NCBI GenBank assembly: GCA_903915225.1
Contig: CAIWSB010000089.1
Span: forward strand, 5,835-69,834
Reading direction: 5' to 3'
DNA from: an uncultured Candidatus Woesearchaeota archaeon
GTDB lineage: Archaea > Nanobdellota > Nanobdellia > Woesearchaeales > B29-G15
Length of the DNA stretch: 64,000 bases
Under the pieces are notes generated by a model. That model worked only from the letters and a program-made list of their open reading frames with translations, did not search any database and had not been told where the DNA came from. Below, piece after piece: positions 52,622 through 60,494 of this stretch; the stretch's first letter is position 1, and the number at the start of each line of letters is the position of its first letter. The position numbers and the translations under genes were made by a program.

Positions 52622-52775
52622 TCCCTGCCCCCGGGTTTTCTTGGTACCCCCTTGGTTGGGCACCATGTCGAACCAGGAACCTTTCGGTTTCAGCTGACTG
52701 CTTTTCATTCCTAAGCCACGCGGCGCAGTCGAACAGTTTCTACAGCCGAACGCTCCACCATTGAGCTAGGCAGGG
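52622..52775 (-). tRNA. tRNA-Tyr (anticodon GUA) with a canonical 37/38 intron (~50 nt) plus a second insertion (~30 nt) after the T-loop.
   Basis: Minus strand: CCCTGCC-TA-GCTC-AATGGTG-GAGC-G-TTCGG-CTGTAG-[AAACTGTTCGAC...CAGCTGAA]-A-CCGAA-AGGTT-CCTGG-TTCGACA-[TGGTGCCCAACCAAGGGGGTACCAAGAAAA]-CCCGG-GGCAGGG-A. The C1:G72 pair is characteristic of archaeal tRNA-Tyr. There is one T-stem mismatch in my hand fold. Confidence 0.55.
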
Positions 52776-52849
52776 ATAGAGAGGAAAATCCAGAACTGTT
52801 TATAAAGGTTGTGGGTAAGTCGAGGGCAAACGCGAAACATTAACTTCAA

Positions 52850-52955
52850 GCAGCAACAATGGCGCCGATGAGCCGGGGGAGGGCCCCTACGGGGTGGCGA
52901 ATAGGGCAAAATTGCCTCAGCGATTTTGGCCGTAGGCAGCCATTATTGTTGCTGC
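52850..52955 (-). repeat. Intergenic structured repeat element, copy C (opposite orientation to A, B and D).
   Basis: The reverse complement reads GCAGCAACAATAATGGCTGCCTACGGCCAAAATCGCTGAGGCAATTTTGCCCTATTCGCCACCCCGTAGGGGCCCTCCCCCGGCTCATCGGCGCCATTGTTGCTGC. Confidence 0.6.
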
Positions 52956-52984
52956 AATTAAGTTAGAGAAGTTATTATGCCCTA

Positions 52985-54427
52985 TCACCCAACAATCCTG
53001 CCCCTACCGCTCTTGGTCTTGAGCTCGGAGCCGCTGTTGGTCTTGAACTTGGCGAGCGCAGATGGCAGCGCAAACGTGCCAACAACCTGAAGCCTTGCCT
53101 TAATCTTGTATGTAATAAGCCTCTCCTCATATGGTTCAATTGAGGGGATTATCCACTTAAGCACAGTCCCGCCACGTTCGTCCCTTACCACTTTTTCTGG
53201 TCTTAAGGTGCCCATGTCAAACTCCTGGCTTATTGCGCCTATATCTGGCACACGGTCTGCAAGCCTTATGTTTATTATTTGCTTGCTGGTGCGGTTCTTG
53301 AGAGTGAGCAGCACCTTAATCTGGGATATGGCTCCCTCTTTTACCTCAATAACTTTCGCCCCCTTATCCAACATGAGCGGCGTCCTCAGGAACATGTAAA
53401 CCAGCCACATAATAACAGCCAAAAGAACAATCCAGAAGATAAAGCTGTAATTTTGTGCAATGCTAATCTGGGCACTTACCATTGGCTGGAGCTTAAGCTC
53501 CCAACCCAAGTAAGAGCCCGTCTGGTTTTTCATCTGGAAATATGCCGGCTTTGTTGATGTGAAAAGCTTCTGGATGAAATTGGTCTTTGTATAAAACTTC
53601 TTGGTTTCGTCTTTGTTGCCGTTATTGTAGAATGTAATTGTTCTCTCTGATTTTAGGAAACCATTCTTGAGTTCATCCTGGGTTTTCCTCACATCAGAAT
53701 ATGGCTCGATAGTGTAGTGCGTCTTTAGGCTCTTTATCTCCTTGCCATCATGGGAGAATGTGAGAGTAATTGTATCGATTAAGGGGGTTTGGTATGGAGA
53801 GAACTTGAGCGGGAATGAGAGGCTTGTTTTGCCCAATGGTTTCATGTTGAACTTTGTCTGGGTCTTTATCAGCTCTGATTCAATATTCAAATTTATGCCA
53901 GAAATATTGCCTGGATAGAGGTTTTCAACAGATACATCCATTACTGCTTCTTCCCGTGGATCAATATACTCTGGGATTGAAACTGAAACAACAAGGGCCA
54001 AAGCAAAATCATTGAGGGTTGGCTTTACAGACACAACGTCAATGTAAATCTGTTTTGTGAACTCCTCCTTGCCTCCGAGTGATTTTACAAAAAGGGGTAG
54101 TGTGTGCCTTCCAACGAGTTTTTGCTCCAAGGGTTTGGCAAAAAGATGAACGGTGTAAGTCTCTCCAGGTTTAATGTCCGGGCCGCCTCCCACATAATCC
54201 ACCCAAGGGTCCGACCAAATACTCCATGAATAATCGCGAACCTCAATCTCAAACCTATCTTCGAAACCATAATTATTGGTAATTTGTAAGTCATAACTAG
54301 CATACTGGTTTGTGCCAACAAGAATCTCTGCATTGTTCGGAATAACATTAACATTAAACCCTGCTGCATTTGCATTCCCTATCGCTATGCACAAAAGAAC
54401 CAAAATCACCAGCAATTTTTTTTCCAT
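52985..54427 (-). CDS. Membrane-anchored extracellular protein, hypothetical.
   Basis: Signal peptide MEKKLLVILVLLCIAIGNANA, a ~300 aa beta-rich ectodomain, a TM helix (IFWIVLLAVIMWLVYMFL), and a ~120 aa C-terminal domain. Confidence 0.5.
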   Translation of the reverse strand: MEKKLLVILVLLCIAIGNANAAGFNVNVIPNNAEILVGTNQYASYDLQITNNYGFEDRFEIEVRDYSWSIWSDPWVDYVGGGPDIKPGETYTVHLFAKPLEQKLVGRHTLPLFVKSLGGKEEFTKQIYIDVVSVKPTLNDFALALVVSVSIPEYIDPREEAVMDVSVENLYPGNISGINLNIESELIKTQTKFNMKPLGKTSLSFPLKFSPYQTPLIDTITLTFSHDGKEIKSLKTHYTIEPYSDVRKTQDELKNGFLKSERTITFYNNGNKDETKKFYTKTNFIQKLFTSTKPAYFQMKNQTGSYLGWELKLQPMVSAQISIAQNYSFIFWIVLLAVIMWLVYMFLRTPLMLDKGAKVIEVKEGAISQIKVLLTLKNRTSKQIINIRLADRVPDIGAISQEFDMGTLRPEKVVRDERGGTVLKWIIPSIEPYEERLITYKIKARLQVVGTFALPSALAKFKTNSGSELKTKSGRGRIVG

Positions 54428-54511
54428 GGTCTCCCTCGATATCCGAGAATATTTATTCCCTAACTGGTATATAAAACTTTTGTTTGTCGAGAGTTACATC
54501 CCAAAAAGAAT

Positions 54512-56422
54512 TCACTTAATCCTGACTGCTTCGAGGTTTCTCGGTGCGATTGTCTCAATCCTGTATTTTTTATGTATTGAGCTAGTGAGATTTAGCACCT
54601 TCGAGTTCTCACCGTGATTAAGAATAACCTTGCTGGGCCTGGGGTTGCAGTGCTGGATGAAGTTCATCAGCTCGTTCCTGCCAGAGTGGCCAGTGAGCCC
54701 GCTTAGTGTGTAAACCTCCATCTTTATGTTTACCATTTCTTGGTTTGTTCCATTGGCAGTCATTATGATTTCTCTTTCTCCCCTCTGAATTCTGCGGCCA
54801 AGCGAACCCGCGCCTTGGTAGCAGACAAAACATAACGAATTGCGTGGGTTGTCAGCCAAGTGCCTTAGGTATTCAACAGATGGCCCACCAACCAGCATAC
54901 CCGAAGTCGCCAGAATTACGCAAGGCCCGGTCTCCTCAATTATCTTCATGCGCTCGCGCTGTGAGCCGATGCGCTTGAACAATGGTGATAGGAAAGGGTT
55001 TGTGTCCTTGTGGAAAATCATCTTCTTCAGGTCACGGTTGAGGTACTCTGGATAGGTGGTGTGGATTGCAGTCACATCCCATACCATTCCATCAATAATG
55101 ACTTGCACATCCTCGGGCAGCTTGCCTTCGTGCTGCATTTTCTCTAGAATCACAAGGACTTCCTGTGCACGGCCAACTCCCAGTACGGGTATCAGCACCT
55201 TGCCACGCCGCTCCATTGTCTTTTGTATAATCTCCTGGAGTGCCATCTCGGCCTCTGCACGGTTGGGCAGCACATCATCCTTCCCACCGTAAGTGGATTC
55301 CATCATGACTGTCTCCAGTCTAGGGAATACTGTTGAGGCGGGGTTCAGCAGTTGAGTCTTCCCAAACTTCATGTCTCCTGTGTACAAAAAGTTATGGAGC
55401 CCGTTGCCGATGTGCATGTGAACCATTGAGCTACCCAGAACATGGCCTGCATTGTAGAGCGTAATCCTAAAATCAGGGGTTATGTCCGTGACTTCCTCAT
55501 ATTCCAGAGTGATTGTGTGCTTTACCATCTCCTTGATTTCATCCTGCCCAAAGAGTGGCTTCTTGTTTTCAGAGCGCATGATTTTTACATAATCCAGCAG
55601 CAGCAGTGCAGCGACATCCCTTGTGGGCTTTGTGCAGTAGATGGGCCCGCGGTAGCCGTACTTGAAGAGGTAAGGGACAAAACCGCAGTGGTCAAGGTGC
55701 GAGTGGGAAATTATCACAGCATCCAATTCTTTCAGGTCAAACTCAGGGGCATCCAGGAACGGATACGCATCTTTTTCATTTGCAGCCACATCTATTCCAC
55801 AATCCAAGAGTATCCTGCTTTCAGGGGTCTGCACTAGGAAACAAGAGCGGCCAACCTGGCGGCCTGCGCCCAGCACTGAAACGCGAACCCATTCATTTTT
55901 CTTCTCGCGTATCCATCCATCGTATATCCTGTGGCCAACCTTGTCAAGAAATTTTCTCCTGTAATCAGAGTTCTCGTAGAGCACTCCTCTAATATTCTCA
56001 ATAATTGTGGATTTAATCGGCGGAGTGCGCCGAATGACTGGAATCCAATATGTCTTTTCGCGGATTTCATTCAGAATCTCGCCATTCTTGCCAATTGCCA
56101 CACCTGGCTTCTCTGCTTCAATAATCACTTTGGAGCGCTGGGAATCGAAGATGATATCGGTTATGCCAGCATCCTCGGGCATCATTTTTGTAATCACGGA
56201 CTTAGCTTCATCAGGGTCCATGCAAACAGTTGGGTCAGAGCGGAGCTCAATCCTTTTCTTTATCTGGTTGACAATATTTTTTATCAAGCCTCCATTCTCT
56301 AGAAAGAATTGTATGTCCTTGGTATAAAGGACAATGTTTGCCCCCTCAAAGCAAGCCTCGCTTATCTTGTTCTCAGGGATATACTTAAGTATTTCTTTTA
56401 TTATGTCCGGCACTATCGGCAC
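54512..56422 (-). CDS. aCPSF1 (archaeal beta-CASP ribonuclease / transcription termination factor with N-terminal KH domains).
   Basis: 636 aa. It has N-terminal KH domains and the metallo-beta-lactamase HSHLDHCG motif, plus beta-CASP motifs. Confidence 0.85.
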   Translation of the reverse strand: MPIVPDIIKEILKYIPENKISEACFEGANIVLYTKDIQFFLENGGLIKNIVNQIKKRIELRSDPTVCMDPDEAKSVITKMMPEDAGITDIIFDSQRSKVIIEAEKPGVAIGKNGEILNEIREKTYWIPVIRRTPPIKSTIIENIRGVLYENSDYRRKFLDKVGHRIYDGWIREKKNEWVRVSVLGAGRQVGRSCFLVQTPESRILLDCGIDVAANEKDAYPFLDAPEFDLKELDAVIISHSHLDHCGFVPYLFKYGYRGPIYCTKPTRDVAALLLLDYVKIMRSENKKPLFGQDEIKEMVKHTITLEYEEVTDITPDFRITLYNAGHVLGSSMVHMHIGNGLHNFLYTGDMKFGKTQLLNPASTVFPRLETVMMESTYGGKDDVLPNRAEAEMALQEIIQKTMERRGKVLIPVLGVGRAQEVLVILEKMQHEGKLPEDVQVIIDGMVWDVTAIHTTYPEYLNRDLKKMIFHKDTNPFLSPLFKRIGSQRERMKIIEETGPCVILATSGMLVGGPSVEYLRHLADNPRNSLCFVCYQGAGSLGRRIQRGEREIIMTANGTNQEMVNIKMEVYTLSGLTGHSGRNELMNFIQHCNPRPSKVILNHGENSKVLNLTSSIHKKYRIETIAPRNLEAVRIK

Positions 56423-56425
56423 CCC

Positions 56426-57070
56426 TTACTTAGTGAGATCCTGTGTCAGGTCCTTCTCAATTACCCTTTTTATTCCAGAACTGGTTATGGTAACGACATC
56501 GTAGCCAGAACCAGAGGCACTGTCCCTCCTCAGGGCTGCGTTCAGCGACTTGAGGGCGAGCTTAATGCCGTCTGCGACTGTCAAGCCTTTCTTGTAGTCG
56601 TTCTCAAGAACTCCGTAGGCCATTACTGAGCCCGAGCCAGAGGAGACAAAATCATCCATCTCAGTGAGAGAACCGTCTGGATAAATATCAAAGAGCAAAA
56701 AGCGATCTCCTTCTTTACCACCCAGCACAAAGTGAGCGACGCTGGGTATTGCGGAAAACTGCCTTATGCTGTTGTAAATAACGCCAGAGAGGAAATTGGC
56801 AACTTCCTTAACACTAGTGGTTTTTCTGGTGGTGATGGATTTAAGGTTTATGTTTGCCTTCAGCACCCTTATAATCAGCTGTGCATCCGAAACGCTGCCT
56901 GCGATTGTCACGGCAATGTCATCTGTAATCTCATGCACTTTCTTTGCCTTGTTGTCAGCAATGAAATTCCCTGCTGTTGCGCGTTTGTCTGCAGCCAGCA
57001 CAATTCCATCCTTGCACATAATACCCACTGTGGTTGTTCCTGTTTTTAGTATGTTTGCGTTCTCTTCCAT
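56426..57070 (-). CDS. psmB: Proteasome subunit beta.
   Basis: A propeptide followed by the N-terminal catalytic Thr in GTTTVGIMCKDGIVLAADKRAT. 214 aa. Confidence 0.85.
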   Translation of the reverse strand: MEENANILKTGTTTVGIMCKDGIVLAADKRATAGNFIADNKAKKVHEITDDIAVTIAGSVSDAQLIIRVLKANINLKSITTRKTTSVKEVANFLSGVIYNSIRQFSAIPSVAHFVLGGKEGDRFLLFDIYPDGSLTEMDDFVSSGSGSVMAYGVLENDYKKGLTVADGIKLALKSLNAALRRDSASGSGYDVVTITSSGIKRVIEKDLTQDLTK

Positions 57071-57198
57071 CAGATTAACACCCTCTCAGAATTGATCCCA
57101 TTTTAAGAAGATTATTCTATCTAGAAATTTTTGAATGTATATAAATCTTTCGCTTGCCAACAAAATATCAAGTTTGAGAGCACACTTTTTGTGAAGAT

Positions 57199-57291
57199 TT
57201 TTCTGAAGGCAGCAACAACTCTGGCGGCCGTCCTCGCTCCGCTCGTCCCCCTGCCACCCCGTAGGGGGCTGCCCCCGGCCGGGCGGCGTCA
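57199..57291 (+). repeat. Intergenic structured repeat element, copy D (shorter variant).
   Basis: GCAGCAACAACTCTGGCGGCCGTCC...GCCACCCCGTAGGGGGCTGCCCCCGGCCGGGCGGCGTCACTATTGCTGC. Confidence 0.5.
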
Positions 57292-57485
57292 CTATTGCTG
57301 CCCGCTGCATTTTTGTTAATCACTTCCATTTCTTGGCAGTTTAATTTAATCTATTATTACTATATAATTCCCAATCTCCTATGTTTATTTCTCATTTTTC
57401 CCAATGCTCAAAAACCCCATTCTCCCTCGGAGCAACTCAACGAAACATTTAAATACTTCCTGCGTCCATACCAGTTTACAAAAAG

Positions 57486-58031
57486 ATGGCGAGCACCTTC
57501 CGAGGCGTAATTGAATTCATGAACAGAATAGGCCTCTATGATGTAGTCTTGCCGTTCCTTCTGGTTTTCACAGTTGTGTTTGGAGTGCTTGAAAAGTCAA
57601 AGATTTTCGGCACTATCAAGGTTGACGATGTTGAAACCACGAAGAAAAACCTGGATGCTATTGTGGCTTTTGTGATTGCATTCTTTGTCGTGGCCTCTGT
57701 CAGGCTGGTTTCCATCATAACAGAAGTATCATCCAACATGGTCCTGATGATGCTCTTTGCATTCTTCTTCCTTATACTTATAGGGATGCTAGTGCAGGGC
57801 AAGGAAGGAATCTCACTTGAGGGCAAATGGAAATGGGCCTTTTTTGTAATAATATTCATCGCTCTTGTGCTCATATTTTTTGGAGCCCTGGGCTGGCTTG
57901 GCCCGATTTGGAATTTCATCATCCAATTCGGAAACAACGATATGGTGGCAGGCATATTCCTGCTTGTTATTGTTGTGGGTATCATGTTCGCGGTTGTTGG
58001 CGGAACAAAAACGAAAAAGGAGTCCAAATAA
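57486..58031 (+). CDS. Small polytopic membrane protein (tandem paralogue 1 of 3).
   Basis: 181 aa with 4-5 predicted TM helices. The N-terminus follows the pattern ...VVLPFLLVFTVVFGVLEKSKIFG. Confidence 0.5.
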   Translation: MASTFRGVIEFMNRIGLYDVVLPFLLVFTVVFGVLEKSKIFGTIKVDDVETTKKNLDAIVAFVIAFFVVASVRLVSIITEVSSNMVLMMLFAFFFLILIGMLVQGKEGISLEGKWKWAFFVIIFIALVLIFFGALGWLGPIWNFIIQFGNNDMVAGIFLLVIVVGIMFAVVGGTKTKKESK

Positions 58032-58643
58032 TTGGAGGTAAAAAAAATGACCAATTTCACAGACTTGTTTGCCTGGTTCGACAGGCTCGGGGTTGCAGAC
58101 TCATTGCTGCCTTTCCTGCTGATTTTTTCAGTGATATTTGCAGTACTGGAGAGAATTAACATATTTGGGCCTAATAACAAAAGAACCCATGTTATAATCG
58201 CCCTCATTATGGGAATTCTGTTTGTGATTCCCCATGTTACGGGTACATATCCTTCGGGTTCGGACCCCGTGTCAATAATTAATAAGGCAATACCCAATGT
58301 GGGTGTAGTCCTTATTGCAATAATCATGCTAATGCTCATTGTGGGGATATTTGGCCACAACCTTAACATCAAGGGCTCTGCATTATCAATGGTTGTGATA
58401 CTCCTCGCGTTTGGCTACGTGATTTATATCTTCGGCTGGGCAGCGGGCTGGTGGAGCACGGGCGGCACATTCTCTTGGGGGCTTGGGTTCCTAGGGGATC
58501 CTGAGACCAGGGCAATGCTTATCGTGCTGGCAGTCTTCCTCATTGTGGTGTTTGTCATCATAGGTGGCAAAGGCCCAGCGGGTGAAGGCAAGAAAGGCTT
58601 TGGCAAGATCATAGAATACTTCCAGAACATGCTTAAAGATTAG
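58032..58643 (+). CDS. Small polytopic membrane protein (tandem paralogue 2 of 3).
   Basis: 203 aa with the N-terminal pattern ...SLLPFLLIFSVIFAVLERINIFG, similar to its neighbours. Confidence 0.5.
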   Translation: MEVKKMTNFTDLFAWFDRLGVADSLLPFLLIFSVIFAVLERINIFGPNNKRTHVIIALIMGILFVIPHVTGTYPSGSDPVSIINKAIPNVGVVLIAIIMLMLIVGIFGHNLNIKGSALSMVVILLAFGYVIYIFGWAAGWWSTGGTFSWGLGFLGDPETRAMLIVLAVFLIVVFVIIGGKGPAGEGKKGFGKIIEYFQNMLKD

Positions 58644-58645
58644 CT

Positions 58646-59209
58646 ATGGCCACACCACTCAACTTAGGATTGCTGGATAAATTTTCTGTAATTTTTATTA
58701 TCCTTTTCCTTTTTGCAATCCTGTATGGCCTTTTAGAGCTAGTAAAGGTATTTGGGGAGGGCAAACACAATCTCAATGCAATAATCGCCCTGATGGTAAC
58801 ACTGATTGCAGCCATGACCCCAGACCTTGTGAAGATGCTCAAGTTAATGCTCCCCTGGATTGCCATGATGATTGTGTTCTTTTTCTTCCTCTTTGCAATC
58901 CCCATGTTCATGGGCATGACAAAGACAGACATAACTACATTTATGGGGGGGACTAGACGCATTGGCACAGTTGGCTGGGTGTTTGGCGCAATGATATTCC
59001 TCATAATTTACTCAATGGGTAATATATTCGGTGAAAAACTCCTCGTTGGAGACGTTTCTAACTCAAACTCTAGTTCATCTGTGAATGCTTCGGCAACAAG
59101 TAATTTCCAATCAAATGTTTTCAAGACAGTTTTTAACCCTAAGATAATTGGTATGTTCTTTATTCTGCTGTTGTCAATGCTTGCAGTAACCTATCTCACA
59201 AAGGACTAG
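58646..59209 (+). CDS. Small polytopic membrane protein (tandem paralogue 3 of 3).
   Basis: 187 aa containing ...FSVIFIILFLFAILYGLLELVKVFG, with a C-terminal Ser/Asn-rich tail. Confidence 0.5.
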   Translation: MATPLNLGLLDKFSVIFIILFLFAILYGLLELVKVFGEGKHNLNAIIALMVTLIAAMTPDLVKMLKLMLPWIAMMIVFFFFLFAIPMFMGMTKTDITTFMGGTRRIGTVGWVFGAMIFLIIYSMGNIFGEKLLVGDVSNSNSSSSVNASATSNFQSNVFKTVFNPKIIGMFFILLLSMLAVTYLTKD

Positions 59210-59907
59210 TTATCAGCCGCCTTTTTCTTCCTAGAAGAAACACCCTCAGTGAATTTTGAGAGTTCCTTAACATTCTCCGTAAATTTGGGTAACACATCCT
59301 TGAAAACCATTTCCATGGCCTTGAGCTGCGCCCCCACGTTGCCCATGCTTTTGTCATACTGCTCAACCTTTCTTAGTAGCGCGGTGTGCAGCTTGTCGAA
59401 CTCCTGGCGCAGGTGCTGTAGCTCCTTGTCAATCTCATCCACACGCTCAGTGAATGAGGTTTTCCATTCAATTATTTTCTCAACAGTCTCCACAAAGTCC
59501 TTCCATTTTTCCTCAATTATGGTCTCTGTGACCTCCTCAATCTTCTCCACCAGCTCCTCTTCGGTCATACCCACTGATGGCGCTGCAGGTTGCGCATAGG
59601 ACTCCTCAGGCGCATACTGTTGTGGTGGCTGGGGCATTTGGCCTAATGTATCAGAGAACATGGGCTTATCAGGCTGCCCTTCCATGGGCGACATTCCTGT
59701 TGACCCGATGCCAGTTCGCAGATCAGCTTGGTTTAGAGCATCAAAAATCTGTGTTGTGGAATAGCCATCACGCTGCAGGGATTCGCATATCTGGTTATTG
59801 GATAAACCCTTGCCACGCATTTCTAGAATCTTATCTATAGGTAAAGGAGGCCTGGCTGGTTTAACAGCTGCCGTATCACTCTTTTTTGGACCACCGAACA
59901 AGGGCAT
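59206..59907 (-). CDS. Coiled-coil protein with a small N-terminal helical domain and a P/Q-rich linker.
   Basis: 233 aa. The C-terminal ~120 aa are an acidic heptad-like coiled coil. It is adjacent to the pilus ATPase locus. Confidence 0.45.
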   Translation of the reverse strand: MPLFGGPKKSDTAAVKPARPPLPIDKILEMRGKGLSNNQICESLQRDGYSTTQIFDALNQADLRTGIGSTGMSPMEGQPDKPMFSDTLGQMPQPPQQYAPEESYAQPAAPSVGMTEEELVEKIEEVTETIIEEKWKDFVETVEKIIEWKTSFTERVDEIDKELQHLRQEFDKLHTALLRKVEQYDKSMGNVGAQLKAMEMVFKDVLPKFTENVKELSKFTEGVSSRKKKAADN

Positions 59908-59966
59908 CTTTCTATTTAAAAATTCCTCCTCTATATTTAAATTTTTCTATTAAGCAAAAAACGGGA

Positions 59967-60404
59967 TCAAACCTTGTCCTTCCTTGACCTTTTAGCCAAG
60001 GCTTCCTGAATTGCCCGTTCCATCTCTGAAGCAGTCACGAAGTTCACCGGGCGCCACAGCTCAAGGTATTTCTTAAACACCAAGAATTCGGAATCCGACG
60101 CCTTGGTTTCCAGCTGCTCGCTCGTCCGCTCAAGCTTATCCCTGAGTTCAATGAATTGTAACTTCAATTCAGCCAGCTCCTTGCCCAGAATCTTAAGCTC
60201 ATTGGCCGAGCTGCGGCTGAACTCCAGTAGGCTCTCTTCGTTTACCTGCTGCTGTTTCTGGATGTTGAAGAAACGCTCTTCCACAACCCTGACGCGCCGG
60301 CTAAGATTTGTTACATTGACTGCATCAATTGTTGCCTTGTCTTCAATCCCAGCCTCTCCCTGCGGCTTGGGTTTTCCGAAAAGTCCGCCTCTTTGTTCCG
60401 CCAT
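59967..60404 (-). CDS. Coiled-coil protein (~145 aa). The start is probably internal to the 191 aa ORF-track ORF.
   Basis: The likely start is MAEQRGGLFGKPK. The upstream 46 codons (MLYRIRAPLFFFF...) look like a non-coding read-through. It has coiled-coil heptads. Confidence 0.4.
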   Translation of the reverse strand: MAEQRGGLFGKPKPQGEAGIEDKATIDAVNVTNLSRRVRVVEERFFNIQKQQQVNEESLLEFSRSSANELKILGKELAELKLQFIELRDKLERTSEQLETKASDSEFLVFKKYLELWRPVNFVTASEMERAIQEALAKRSRKDKV

Positions 60405-60494
60405 GGTCACACCGACATATTTATATACAACTACTACTCTTTTTTGGGCAACTGAGATAAATAACTTTTGTTGCCATGGTCTAGTGATACAAAA

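Noticed and set aside
57536-58372. 278-aa minus-strand ORF opposite the tandem membrane-protein genes.
   Set aside because: Its product is low-complexity (Ile/Thr/Ser-rich). The plus-strand genes show coherent TM-helix periodicity and tight tandem coupling.
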